DNA of 64,000 nucleotides from Paraspadella gotoi (taxonomy: Eukaryota; Animalia; Chaetognatha): contig JBJCIZ010000744.1 of assembly GCA_051294375.1 (NCBI GenBank), positions 1,664,262-1,728,261 on the forward strand, read 5' to 3'. How positions within the stretch are numbered: the stretch's first letter is position 1; every line of letters starts with the position of its first letter. The position numbers were made by a program, and so were the translations under genes. Below the pieces are notes generated by a model. The model did not search any database. It had not been told where the DNA came from and was given only the letters and a program-made list of their open reading frames with translations. This document shows, in pieces, positions 46,258 to 59,400 of the stretch.

Positions 46258-46472
46258 GAAACTTAATATTAACAATATTGCCATCATTCTACCCTGGCCG
46301 GTATAAGAATATATTAAAAAAACCTCGGCTTTGTTCGTCAGAGCTTAGTCCTAATAGGTTAGTTATTAAAATGAATGGATTTATTGTTTCTATATTGGTT
46401 GTACCAATTTCATAAATTATTGAAAATGCTGACAACCTATTTTCAGCAATAATTACATACAGTACTTTATAA

Positions 46473-46665
46473 ATGGCCGAGACCCAAGTCGACGATCCAC
46501 TCCAGCGTTTCGATCCATCTTGTTTTTCCCGGAATCTCAACGAGGAGGTTGTCTCGATCGATTGGGGCGACGATTTCGCTTTGGGCTTCACCAACGGAGT
46601 CAAAGAAGTTAAAGTCAAAACTAAATCCGGCAGATCTCTCTCTCGTCATCAAGCGGAACCAGATG
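46473..46665 (+). pseudogene. Truncated phosphotransferase paralog
   Basis: FDPSCFSRNLNEEVVSIDWGD…GF…VKEVKVKTKSG matches the family N-terminus. It frameshifts in a CT run (LVIKR continues in another frame) and similarity then ends. Confidence 0.8.
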
Positions 46666-46874
46666 GAAGGATTTCGGAAGATTAGATGCATGGAATCGAG
46701 GAGAATGATATCCGATGTCCCAGATAAAAAGTGGTAAATATTTTTTTTGGTTACTTTCAACAAAAAAAATATTTTGCATGCGGTCACTAATTGACTAAAA
46801 AAATTGTTCACGGAGTGGACGATTATTTCGATAGTCTTGTCCTACATTTGGCAGTTGGCTCTCCTACGGATCGA

Positions 46875-47062
46875 TGATAAGAACCATTCTGACATGACAA
46901 GAATGATAAGACATGATAAGATCCATTCTGACATGACAAGAATGATAAGACATGATAAGATCCATTCTGACATGACAAGAATGATAAGACATGATAAGAA
47001 CCATTCTGACATGACAAGAATGATAAGACATGATAAGATCCATTCTGTCATGACAAGAATGA
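46875..47062. repeat. 39-bp minisatellite x~4.8
   Basis: Unit TGATAAGA(A/T)CCATTCTGACATGACAAGAATGATAAGACA. Confidence 0.92.
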
Positions 47063-48013
47063 AAGTGTCATCACTAATCAAAGATCGGCCAATGAACCGA
47101 GTCGCGAATAAATAAATGTTTCCACAAATGAATCGGAAACATTATTAACGTTAATATTAACCGGTGTCGTTTTGAGTGACAGGGTTGAAATCGAGAAATT
47201 ATACTGACAAGTGGGAATCGAACAACGCTCGTCTCCTTATATCAATTGTGACATCGGTGATATTTACTCATTTTATTATGACAATGTTCTTGTTTTTTTT
47301 TAAAGCCGACTTTTTAAATTTTTTTCTCTAAATCTTTACTCGATTCTTTTTCTATCATAAATTTTATGAAAATTACTTTCCGCTTTTTCAGATATTTATT
47401 TCATCACTAAATTGTTTCGATTGTGAACTGACACAACAATAAGTTAAGGTCAAAATGTCTACAATGGAACCAAATGTGGATTCGCCCATCGAACATCGGC
47501 AAACGTTCAACACCATATCTACATTCAAATGCTTCAGTTGTAGGGAAAACAGGTGTGGATTATTTGTTTAAATGTTTAAATTTTGGGAAAAAATGAGTGT
47601 TTTTTCTTACTTAGCACAGTAATTCCTATAGTGAAAATTTACATAAGATGTGGATTATATATTTTATATAAACTTGTAAAGAAATAATTTTCTTCTCTTC
47701 TCTTTTTCATTTATTGTACAAAAAAAACTGTTATTCGAAGATCGAAGTCTGGTTTTTTTTCTTGAATTGAAAAAAAAAATACCAGCATAAAATTCAATTC
47801 CCTCATTCGAATTCCTTTATCAATAACATTGTAATTTCATTTTAATTTTATTTCTGCGCGAATTTCATTCCCTCGAATAAATAATAAATAATAATAATAA
47901 ATAATTACATGTTTGTATTAACCCTACATCTACCGCCATAAAATAAATTCCAGATCCCTTTTAAAAATTTCCGTTTTAAATTCTTCGTGATTAAAAAAAA
48001 AAAAGATTGTGCG

Positions 48014-49153
48014 ATGGAACAATTTGACACTACCTGGTTTTCACTCCATCTGGATGAGAATATCGCATCAGTTGACTGGCGCGATTCCGTCAACGCTGGC
48101 TTCATCAGTGGCATTAAAAAAGTTGGAGTCGTGACAGAAACGGGTCAGTCTCGGTCCCTCATTCTAAAACGGTTTAAAAAGAATGAAAATGCGGATTCAT
48201 TCTTCGTATCGACGCTCGGATGCGCGAGAGAAGCCGATTTTTATAATTATTTAAAGGATTTACCACAAGAAACCCGGCGGGTCTTTGATGGACTGGTTCC
48301 AACCGTCTTTTTCGCCGAGTCTAATTGGGAGACTGGAGACAAGACGATTTTAATGGAAGACGTTGGTGGAGTTAATTGCAGCTTCTTTTTAGGTCCTGAG
48401 TATCCGGGAAATGTTAATAAGGATTTAGTCTCGTTATCCGCGTCTTGTCCCGACGTGACGCCCGACGAAATCGCTCGTCTCAGCTTTTTAGCTTTGGCTG
48501 GAATTCACGCTCGTTTTTGGTGCGAGGAAGAGTTGTTGGAAATTACTTGGCTAAATCGGAATCCGTGGTTGAAGGGCAAAGAAAATGCTATGAAAATGTC
48601 TCGAGTCGCGTTCGAAAAGATGAAGATCGAGGTTGAAAATGGAACGTACCAAGTTCCGTCCGAGCTCTTTAATTGCGTCGTTACAGCCTTTGACCAATTG
48701 TTTCGGGAAAACGCTTTGGATGAATTTAAAACGTGGACGCTGACTCATGGAGATTTTCACGCGGGAAACATCATGTGGATGCGTAATGCGACAAGGGATA
48801 AGTTAATGTTGCTCGATTGGGAATACGTGGGCGTTGGTAGTGGACCTGGAGATTTAACAGAGTTCTTGGTCGTCTCTTTAGATCTCGATAAATATGGCAA
48901 GAGCTTTCAATTAAAGTTATTGAAAGATTATTACGCGGAATTGACGCGAATTAATCCAGCGATCCAATCTGACTTCAGTTTCGACCATTGTTGGGAAGAG
49001 TTCGTTTATGGTGGCTTCAAAAAGTCTTTGTGGCTTTTGCCGTTGGTCAGTGAATATTTTCCCTTTCTTTTTCCATATTGCGCTCGACAATTGGAAGGAT
49101 TTAGGAAAATTCACGATATTACGGTAGATAGGTTGGTTAAATTTAGCGCTTAA
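48014..49153 (+). CDS. APH/EcKinase-like phosphotransferase, copy 5 (intronless)
   Basis: GCAREADFY, HGDFHAGN, LDWEYVGVGSGP. Confidence 0.85.
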   Translation: MEQFDTTWFSLHLDENIASVDWRDSVNAGFISGIKKVGVVTETGQSRSLILKRFKKNENADSFFVSTLGCAREADFYNYLKDLPQETRRVFDGLVPTVFFAESNWETGDKTILMEDVGGVNCSFFLGPEYPGNVNKDLVSLSASCPDVTPDEIARLSFLALAGIHARFWCEEELLEITWLNRNPWLKGKENAMKMSRVAFEKMKIEVENGTYQVPSELFNCVVTAFDQLFRENALDEFKTWTLTHGDFHAGNIMWMRNATRDKLMLLDWEYVGVGSGPGDLTEFLVVSLDLDKYGKSFQLKLLKDYYAELTRINPAIQSDFSFDHCWEEFVYGGFKKSLWLLPLVSEYFPFLFPYCARQLEGFRKIHDITVDRLVKFSA

Positions 49154-49531
49154 TCCGGAAAACAATCATATGAAATTGGTTGAACACATAATTATTATCC
49201 TTCATTCAATGAAGAAGCTATTTGCTTCTGACTTTGGACAGGGTATGGACAATGGACTATGGACAATGGAGGGTTAAAGCCTTCTTTCCTCTTACAGAAA
49301 AATAACATAGTAACAACACCCTTCAGGCCTGCAAGCATATTTTAATTTTGTGATTTTACTAATGGGAATGATAATTGATTTTTGGGGAATCTATTCTGTA
49401 AAATTATTTTTCATGTGTAAAATTACTAAATCATTAATGATGAAATATTTCCAATATTCTCTGCTGTCACATTTATTTTTTAAATTTAAATTTTGTTATT
49501 AATTAATTCATTAATGACTTGATTTTTAAAG

Positions 49532-50725
49532 ATGCCAAGCGTTGAAAACTTTGATGCCAAGTGGTTTTCACTTCACCTCGATGAAGATGTAACTTCGGTT
49601 GACTGGGGCGATTCCTTTACCATCGGATTTATCAGTGGAGTCAGAAAAGTTAAAGTTCTGACCAAATCGGGAAACTCTCGATTCGTTATTCTTAAAAAGT
49701 TTCGAAGAGAAGAAAATGCGGATAATACAAATCTTGTGTTGAAGCTTGGATGCGCAAGAGAAGCGGATTTTTATAATTTCGTGATGAATTTACCTCCCGG
49801 AGAGAGGAACGTCTTTGACGGAGTCATTCCCAACGTTTTCTTCGCAGAATCCAACTGGACAAGTGGTGAAAAGACCATACTAATGGAAGATGCCACCGCG
49901 ATTGATGGAGGCGTTAATTCCAGCTACTTTTTCGGTCCAGATTTCCCAGTCAACTTGGACAAGGATTTGAAGGCGTTGACGGCGTCAAGTCCTGATCTTA
50001 CGCCAGAAGAAATAGCCCTCGTCAGCTTTAGGGCTTTGGCAGCGATTCATGCTCGTTATTGGTGCAAAAAAGAGTTGTTAGACATTCACTGGTTTCGTGG
50101 AAGTCAGTGGTTGAAGGGTAACGAAAGTGACGCGTTGTTAAAACAGATGAAAATGTCTGAAGAAGCGTTTGAAAAGATGAGGACGATGGTTGAAAACGGA
50201 ACATTTCCACATCCATTTCCGCCCGGACTCTTTCGTTGCTTTCTATCCTCCTTCGCCAAGTTATCTTGGGAAAATTATCGCGACGACGTAAAAACGTTGA
50301 AGTGGACGTTGACCCACGGAGATTTTCATCCCGGAAACGTAATGTGGATGTCCGACGCGGCGTCGCAGAAAGTCCGTATTCTCGATTGGGAGCTGGTCGG
50401 AGTCGGGAGTGGCCCTCAGGATTTGGGCGAATACGTCATCTCCTCTCTGGACGTCAGAGTTTATGGGGTCGAGTCCCATTTGAAGCTGGCGAAAGATTAC
50501 TACGCCGAGTTGACGCGAATGAATCCGTCTATCAAATCTGATTTTACTTTCGATGATTGCTGGAACGAGTTTGTTTACGGCGGATTTAGAAAGTGGCTGT
50601 GGGGTTTTCCTTTGCTCTACGAGTTTTATCCCGAGTGTTTCCTTTACGTCGCCCGACAGACTGAGGGCTTTAGAAAGATTCACGAGATTGCGGATGATAA
50701 GTTGGGAATTCCGAGATTACATTGA
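49532..50725 (+). CDS. APH/EcKinase-like phosphotransferase, copy 6 (intronless)
   Basis: GCAREADFY, HGDFHPGN, LDWELVGVGSGPQDLG. Confidence 0.85.
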   Translation: MPSVENFDAKWFSLHLDEDVTSVDWGDSFTIGFISGVRKVKVLTKSGNSRFVILKKFRREENADNTNLVLKLGCAREADFYNFVMNLPPGERNVFDGVIPNVFFAESNWTSGEKTILMEDATAIDGGVNSSYFFGPDFPVNLDKDLKALTASSPDLTPEEIALVSFRALAAIHARYWCKKELLDIHWFRGSQWLKGNESDALLKQMKMSEEAFEKMRTMVENGTFPHPFPPGLFRCFLSSFAKLSWENYRDDVKTLKWTLTHGDFHPGNVMWMSDAASQKVRILDWELVGVGSGPQDLGEYVISSLDVRVYGVESHLKLAKDYYAELTRMNPSIKSDFTFDDCWNEFVYGGFRKWLWGFPLLYEFYPECFLYVARQTEGFRKIHEIADDKLGIPRLH

Positions 50726-51216
50726 GATTCGTTGAAAATTTTGATTCGTTGCAAAATTGGAAAACTATAATCTAATGTGATTTTTATTATGATTTATTTT
50801 GTTTATATATATATCTAATCCCTATTGCCCAAAACATTTTTGGATGATTAAATTACCAGTTGTGATTATGCCTGATTTAAAATTCTACTAGTTATGTAGT
50901 GCTCCAGTAAGTGATACAGTTGCCTTTTTCTAGCTTTAAGATTGATGAATTAATTTACTGCTTGTAAACTGTTGGACATAAACTTTTGACAAATGTTGGA
51001 ATGTAAACAAGCTTATTTCGTTCGTCATTAATCAATAAAACTTATGATTAATTATAATTAATCATCACGTGATACAATTATTGATTAGCCAGAGTCAGGT
51101 TTTTTTTATTTATGCCATATTTCCTCAGTTCCTTAACATAAGCAGATACAATGATTTGTGATGCCTTTGGCCGTCCTTGCCTTTTGCTGCAGATTGAGCT
51201 TGATATTACAAGAACT

Positions 51217-51583
51217 TTATTAGAACTCCAATTTCCACTGACCTTACCCTAACCATTTCAAGCAGAATCGAGGTGAGCTCTCTACAATAAATTCAGCTCA
51301 TCACTGGTACATCTTGCCAGTTCACGTTTAGTGAAAGAATCCCTTAAGGCATCCCCTTACCGTCACCTCTACAAAGGTGTTGGTGCTTCATCATCCCTCC
51401 GTCTATCAGATGATTCTGAGGCACTAAAGTGGTGTACCGTGTTAATTCCGTCAGCAGCTTCGCCCAATTCACTGGGTCCACACTTCTCATGGGTTTTATT
51501 TGAACTCCAATTTCCACTGAACTTACCCTCACCGTTCCAAGCAGAATCGAGGTGAGAGCTCTCTACAATAAATTCCGCTCATC
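51217..51583. repeat. Pair of ~85-bp direct repeats (~51217-51303 and ~51495-51583) around a ~190-bp spacer
   Basis: gaactccaatttccactga-cttaccct-acc-tt-caagcagaatcgaggtgag…ctctctacaataaattc-gctcatca occurs twice. Confidence 0.85.
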
Positions 51584-51951
51584 ATAAACCGCCATATATG
51601 GATTTTTCCTGGGGTTTTTTTTTTTCTAGCTAATCTGAAAAGTTTGTCTGGACTGCAATTAACCGTTTTAATTGTTCCACAAATCTAATCACGTCTTCTC
51701 TCTTTGTACAAAAATAAGAATGGCCTTTTTATACTTTCTCTTCTCAGGTAGTTTTGTTATGATTAATTGAGATGTTATAAAAGGTACGTCAAAACTTGAC
51801 AGTGGAATTCGGCCTGTTTTGATATGCTCATGGCAACGTTGTTTTAAATATTAAATATTCAATTTAAGCATAGTAACGTAATTAATGAATTACAATATAA
51901 TCTGTAATGCGTATACGTGTAGCAATTAATAATGTAAATCTCCTTTCCCAG

Positions 51952-53061
51952 GGCGAATTACAGATGCCCCGGTTGCTCGACGCCCTCCTGCTCTCTGCCT
52001 TGCGTCAACAAACACAAGCGTCTCTTGGACTGCGATGGAATCAGGAACAGAGTCCAGTGAGTCTAACATTAGTTCTAAGTTCTATTAAAAGCTTAACATT
52101 CGCTTCTTCAATCACACTTGCATATTGTAGCAGTTAACATTATTTCTCCTAGCTTTTGATGTTTTCTCTTATTATTCTAGCAATACTTTAATAAATACTA
52201 CAATGAAAAAAAACTAAATTAATTATTATTTGGAAAACTAATCATTATAGAAGTATTCTTAAAGTAAAAAAAAAAAAAATAAAGAAAGGCGAAATAATCT
52301 AATCTGCTAAAATATATTGAAATGAGATCCTTTTTATGACATTCTGTTCCTTTTTATAACATTCTGTTTCCTTTTATGACATTAAAATAAATTTATGACA
52401 TTGTTTCCTATTAGGACGTTCCGTTCCATTTTATGACATTACTTTTCCTTTTTTTGACATTCCATTTCCTATTTATGACATTCCATTTCCTCTTTCTGAC
52501 ATAACATCCTGTTTTCCTTTTCATGACACCAGGTTTCGGCGTCTTCCCGAGATGACGAATCTCGACGTTCTCTCCGATTATCGATTTCTCGAAGAAATCG
52601 CGCGACGCCGAGAAGGCGCCGTCCGGAATCGACGCCGGTTTTCTCGGCCCAAATCCGGTCCTAAATTCGGGTCCAAATTCCGACAGGGAACCCGGCTCGA
52701 CTCTAGACCAAAGTCTGCGCTGAAAACCAGATGTCATCCTGAATCACCGGCTGACAATCTGCCGGAAACTCTGCTCGAATCGCTCCCGGAAACTCGGCTG
52801 GAATCGCTCCCGGAAACCCGACTCGACACCCTGTCCCAGTCTGAAGTAACGCCAGAGGATCGGTCTAAGCTCCAGCTCGAATCCCATCGCGAAGCGATTC
52901 CGGAATCAATTCCGGAATCGATGCCGGAAACTGATGGCGAATCCCGGCGGGTGGGCTTTGCCGAGAAACGAGAGGATGGAGGCGCCGGAGAATCGGGAGA
53001 GAAAACTGAGAAGGATGCGGATCGAATTCCTCTCCCTGATTCGCCACAACAAAAACAATAA
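51952..53061 (+). CDS. zf-HIT protein, ZNHIT6/BCD1-like but short; exons 51952-52056, 52533-53061 (first exon not resolved)
   Basis: ANYRCPGCSTPSCSLPCVNKHKRLLDCDGIR and the BCD1 motif LSDYRFLEE, followed by a low-complexity LPETRLES-repeat tail. Confidence 0.65.
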
Positions 53062-53486
53062 CAAAAACAATGAAAACAATATTACAACTTTTTCTGTTTT
53101 GAGCATCGAATCGTGAGGGCAATCGTTAAAAATATATATATATTTTTTTGTTCAAACGTTGGTTTTGTTTGTTATCGCTGCTAATATTGTTTTGTTATTC
53201 CTTTTAATTTTCGATGTTGACAAAGACGTAAAGGGCCAAACGTCATATGAACATACGAACTTGCGGATGTTTTTATTATTTTGTATAAGTCTCAAAATGA
53301 GATGACAAATTCCAGAGTCGAGAATAGTTTCTAGGTAAAAAGCTGAAAAGAAATGAGGACAATATTGTAAAATCGGTTTAACAATAACTGAATGTCATTG
53401 TTTAAAGGATAAATGAAATTTAAACTTCGGTTTAATGATCATTTCGAGATTTGACTCTTGAGAACCGAAATAAATTCACGATCGAA

Positions 53487-56400
53487 ATGTTTCGGCGCCG
53501 ATTTCCTTCACCGCCGACGTCGTCGGTGGCGCCGCCCCGGTTCCGCCTATTGGTGGTGCCGCTGCTTGTCTGGATCAGCCTTCACGGCGCCAGCGGAGCC
53601 AGGCAACCGTTTAAGGCGAGTTAATGAAATGAAATATTTGCTTTAATCTTATTTGCATTTTGTCGTTTTGAAAATAAGGGATTATTTTCTTGTGAAGTTT
53701 GCGAGATATATAATTTGACTGAATATTATGCTAAATCCGTATGTGTCATGTAATTTATGATAAATTAACGATGATTGATGAATTGTTATCGTTATCTAAA
53801 TTTTATCAAAGTCAGCTTTTATTTGCAAACTTTGCAACTCAGCCAATCGTGATCGACATCAACACTGAGACTCGTGGTTCCATCTCCGGCGGGGAAATCG
53901 TCCTCTTTCGCGTCGACTACTTCTCTCCGGCCAACGAGACCGTCGCGTTGAGGATCAGGATGGCCAGTCACGACTGTGAGAACGTGAGAACAAAAAATTG
54001 TAATATGTACTACTATATGCCTTTACTTCCTTTTCATTTCTCAGTCTCTCCATTAATATTCGCAGTCAGCCCATTACTACTCTCCATTGCTCTATTTTTA
54101 TTTAAAATTCTGCCTTTTTTTTCAGTTTGTTCGTTTTTATTTACTATTCACTGTCTCAATGTCTCATAATTTTCATTACCCTCTTCCCATTTTCATTCCA
54201 CAGTCGGCTCCCTTGCTCGTAGTCGTCAGGACTAAACAGTCCATCCTCAGCTGGCAACTTCCCCTCGTCTTTCAGGGTAAGGCAACAAATTTCCAGTGAT
54301 GAATCACCATAAGAACATATTAAGATGTCACAGGTTGCAACCTCAGGATAGCTACGGAATATGCCCACTTATGGAGCTGTTACTATAAAAATTAGGGTAA
54401 AAAAATTTAATGCAGAAGATGCTGTGATGCACTGGCCAGTGGCCACTCTATCTTGCTTTTTCAGTTCTTCTCGGGAGGGCAGGATAATGTTAAGCATCTT
54501 CATCTTGCCAATAATCTCTTTGGCACAGACAAGGATTCTTGGTCATGGTTGCGTAAGCCTGCTAGAATTATTTCAGAAAAGGCTGGAGTGTCACCCTCCC
54601 AGGCACCAACAAGTTTATGGACTTTGTAGCGGGCAAAAAGCTGAATTATATCTGTACTATATTATATCTGTCTTAACAACCTAATGGAAAATTATTCATT
54701 GCAATTAATTTTTAATAAATGCGATTCGCCAACAACTTGGCGATTTTACCACCTGTGTTGTAAAATATATTTAAAGTTGTTAATGATTATAAATCAAAAT
54801 AAAATCAAGGATTTATCTATCAATTAAAAAAATCTAATTGAGTCTATCTCAATACAGTAAAGTATGGCAGTGGTTTATTTTGTATCATTGGATTTGGCTC
54901 ACTGCATCATTTTGATCAATACTTGGTAGTAATGTGATGTGCAATGAGATGCATAATTGTAAGAGATGATTGTGCAAAGTATACTTGTATAACGTATGGT
55001 GACGTAATCATCTGAAAATGCGTTGACATAAAAAAAGTTCCTGCGTCGCAACACCTCGTTCTCGTTCGTCTTTGTTTCAGCAATTCCTCTGAATTAAGTG
55101 TTAATAACTCTTGGCTTTTTTTTGGCATTGCAAGTTTACAATATTTAAATTAGAATTTAAAATTTGGCTAAATTATCGATCTCCCTCACTTTCAATCCTC
55201 CAGGCGAAACTGCCTTCGTCTACACCTCGGCCGCCCGCATCATCTGCCCGCTGCAGAACCTCCTCCTCCGCTCCACGGCGAATCGAGTCGAGGACGCCGG
55301 CGCCGCTCCAGCCGTCGCAGCCGCGGCGGCGTCCGGCTTCATTCCGCTCTTTTCCAAAATATGGAACTACATCGTTCCGTTCGAGGGAGAGGGGGATGGA
55401 GGAGGGAACGGGACCCTCGTTCCCAGCACGGAGGGTGAGAGGGAGAGAGAGGGAGAGAGAGAAAGGTGAAGAGAAAAATGAATATATAGACAAAAAGAGG
55501 CAGGACAATATATTACAGGAAGATGAAAGAAAGAATAAAAGAGATGGATGGAAACGTAAGGAAGAGAGGTCCAAAGAAGAAAGAGGAAAAAAATAAAAAC
55601 AAGAAAGAAGGAAAAATGAAAAAAAGAAAGACATTCCAGAAAGAGGGTAAAAGAAGAAAGAAAGGGGGAAAGAAAGAAAAACAATCACGTTGCTTGTTAA
55701 GAAAGATTGGGAAAAAAAATAAAAGAGAAAATGTTGAAGAAGACCAAGAAGAATAATGGAAATATTAAAGAAATAAAGAATTCATTACAAAACCTATAAT
55801 CTTCACAGTGTGTTGTCGCAAAGACTCCATCACAGTGTCTTCTCTCCCTTTCTCCAGCTCCCACGACTTCGCCCTCCATGGAGTCGGTCTACATCGACGT
55901 CTCCTCAGCCTCCAACTCCTCCGTCGACTTCACCCTCAGACCCACCCTCGTCGACGACTTCGCTTTGGCGCTCAACCGGAAGTACGAAGTCGGAGCCACG
56001 CCCTCCGAGCCCGCGTATCGACAGGTTTGGAGAGAGATTGAAGCAGAGAGAGAGAGAGATTGAGGCCTAAAGAGAGAGAGAGAGACATACATACAAAATG
56101 AGACAGATTGAGGCAAAGAAAGAGAGAGAGATTGTGGCAAAAAGAGACAGAGACCCAGATACATAAAGAGACAGATATTGAAGGAAAGAGATTGAAAGAG
56201 ATGTGCGTTTGATTGGATGGATTTGATTGATTGAATAATTAAGTCAAGAAGCGGCCATTGTAGCCACCGTCAAATAAAATCGATACCAAATTTATATAAA
56301 AATACATGGGGGGATCAAGATTCCGAATTAGACATGATTTTCACCCATTAAAGTTCTACTCGATCGAAACTCCCGCTTTACGATTGATAATTAATGGGCG

Positions 56401-59400
56401 CGCACGTTTTACGTGACAAAAATATAATTTACGCGAGTTTATTTTCATTACTAAGGATTTTAACTATTTAACTATTTAAATATTGCTGAAAGGTTTTAAT
56501 TTTTATTCGAAAAAAACCACTTTGCTACTTAGTATCTCCTCGTTTAAGAATTACTGCAATATGCAAATTAGTTTAACCGTCTGAAATTAAAATCAGTCTT
56601 TCTCTGTTCCTCAGTTCACTTTCCCCTCGGGCGTAGATCAAGTGCAAATTCTGGCGACGGCCTTCGACGTCGGAAACACCACTTGTGCAATCATCAGCAT
56701 TCAAGAGATGCAATGTCCAGGTGCAAATGCCATGGGATGCAACGAAAAGGATGGAAAAAAAAATGTTGAAACATCTTGACGTTTATTTTGGTCATCTGTA
56801 GATACTTTTATAACTCAACTTCTTATCTCTCTCCTCTTCTCTCCCTTCTCTTTACTCCCCTTTTCTCCTCCAGTCTACGACCTCGTGACGAACGTTGAAA
56901 ACGCCGGCATTTATCAGACGATGACTCAGCAGGCGACGATCACCGTCGATCGAAGTCAATTCCGCTCCGCCTCCTTTTACGTCGTCGTCGTCGTCAAACC
57001 CCAGGTGTGGGAGGTGGAAAGGTGGGCGGGCTGGGAAGGTGGAATGGTGGTTAATTGGGATAGTAGGAAGTGGAAAGGTGGATTGTAAAGTTGTGAAGTA
57101 GAAAAAAGTTTTTTGTCATTTTTGTCATCAATTCTATTTACAATTCCGTTTCTCATTCACTAATTCCCTCGATCACTATTTTTTTTTTAGATTTAATCAA
57201 TAATGACTCAATTTATTGTATTTTATATTCCTTTATTCACTCGTTTCTTTTCTTATTCACTCCGTCATTCACTGGTTCATTCAATAGTCCACTCATGCCT
57301 TCATTACGCTCATACATTTTACATTCATCTGTCATTAATCACCGTTCGCACTTTCGTTCATACGCCCGATGATTCCTTCCTTTAATTCTTTCTTTCTTTT
57401 ATTCATTCGCCCTCCCGCTCGGTTCGCCCAGGACTTGGAGTGCAACGGTTACTTCGAAGACATCGTCCCGCTCAACGGAAATCGTGATCGCTTCAAAACG
57501 GTCACGATTCGAGTCGTTCCTACCCTCTCCAAGGTACCGTGTCTCTTCTTAATCAAGTCATATACGGTATTTTTAATTTTGTTATTTAATTGTAAATTAT
57601 GAACTTGATACAAATATTTAATTAATGAGCTATTTTGCCCCTGACTTTGGACATGCCATGTTGGTTTAAGGCCTCCATCACTCTTACAAGACATAGCAGG
57701 TCCCTGCAAGCTTTCAATCAAGACTCTCTCACAGTTTATTTACTGCCAGAGTACCTGGCTTCTCTATCTATGAAGTGGCATATATATTAGCAATATTTTT
57801 ATTTATTTGTAAGTTATATTTTAATCTAACCTTACAGTAATTTTGTTATTTATTTTAATCTTGCAGGGCCGCGTTCTTCTTTCCTTCTTCGCCTCGATCC
57901 TCATCTTTCTCTCCCTCTATTTCTTCACCGGAATCTTTACTCTCTTTCACTGGAAATTTTGGAAGCCGGATTTCCGGCCGGAGGAAAATCCCGAGGCGGA
58001 GGTGAGAGGGGGGAGGAGGGGGTGGAGACAGATAGAGAGAGAGAGAGAGAAAGAGAGAGAGAGTGTAACTTGTGGTTCATTTCAAATGAAATTGAGTTAT
58101 TCATTCTCATTTGCATATTGTAGCTGTTTAGATTCTCTCATATCTATTGTTACAGTTTTCATCTAAATTTTATTTACTATTAATAAGGTTTAGTAATAAT
58201 TTATTTTTTTAAATCAATATTTTCATTAAATACTTATTAATATTTAACTAAAAGTAAGTTTTAAAATTAAACGGAAGTCTTCCCGTTTGCCCCGCAGGTC
58301 CCCATCCTTCCGCCTCCTCCAGCGGCGGCGATGGCGTCGACGACGAAACCTCGAGACGTTCCTCCTCCTCCGTCGTCGTCGTCGTCGTCGCCGTTGAAGT
58401 CGGCGTCGGAGACTAGGAGACGAACGGCGCCTCTTTACGGTTCCATCGCCGCCTCCGTCGCCAGGTGAGAACCCGGCGTCGTTTGAGTCGAGTTTAGGGA
58501 AGTTTGGGAGCGTGGGTTAATTTTTTTGTCACTTTCTGCCCTTCCTTTTCTTTCTCTTCCTTTCCTTTTTTTTTTTTTACTCTTTTGTTTCTTTTTCTTT
58601 TCTATTATTTTCTTTTGCTTTTCTTAATTCCTTATTTGCCTTCCTTTCTATTTTTTTCTACTTTTTTTACTTCCTGCCTTTTCCCTCCCCTCTTTCCTTT
58701 TTTTGTTCCCATTCCTTCCCCTTCCCATCTTTCCATCTTTTCTAATCCCAACTCCCTCTTCCCTTCCCCTGGCCCTGCTTCCTTTCTTTCTCATCCCTCC
58801 TACTCCCTTCTTTCTCCCTTCCTTCGTTATCTCCTTTGTTCCCCCCCTCCGACCTCTCCCCCCCCCCAAGGTCGGCGGCGAGCACCTCGATGACCGAAAT
58901 CGACGAAGACGCCGACGCTCGATACGGCGCCGTCGGCGGACTCGGCAGCGGGGTCGCCATCGCCGGCAGCGCCGCGGGCGGACAGAGCGGCGGGCGCAGC
59001 CTCGGCCGTTTCGGATCGACTCAACGAAACGTTGACGACGATCGACGTGGACAGGTTGTTGTCCTGAAGCGATGTTTGTTTAAATTGATACGACGGGTAT
59101 ATCGATTTTTATTTAAACAATCCATTGTTAAATCCAACTCCTTGAAATCTATCCTTTGTTTAAACGATTTTCCTAAAACTTATCTCTATTTAAATCTTTG
59201 AGTGGATGAACTTGTGGATAAGGCGCTAAGTAACTTCTGTGCCCCATCAGCAACAATGGAACGGATCCTGGGCTTGGAACCAGGCTTGGGGGTTTTCCAG
59301 AATCCACAAGGCGGTTTACGGCCGTCCTCACGCTTCCCGCAGCGTAGGTACCGGGTTGGGATTGAACCCGGTACCTAGTGGTCATGAGCTTTACTCAATG

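Noticed and set aside
46875-47062. CRISPR-like array
   Set aside because: Head-to-tail 39-bp units with no unique spacers, in a eukaryotic context with no cas genes.
51217-51583. TRIM or mini-LTR retroelement
   Set aside because: TGG follows the first repeat, but the repeats lack clean TG…CA ends, a polypurine tract and a target-site duplication.
58504-58893. Hydrophobic Phe/Leu/Ser-rich ORFs (also the tail of 9067-9552 and 55173-55688)
   Set aside because: Translations of intronic CT- or GA-rich low-complexity tracts.
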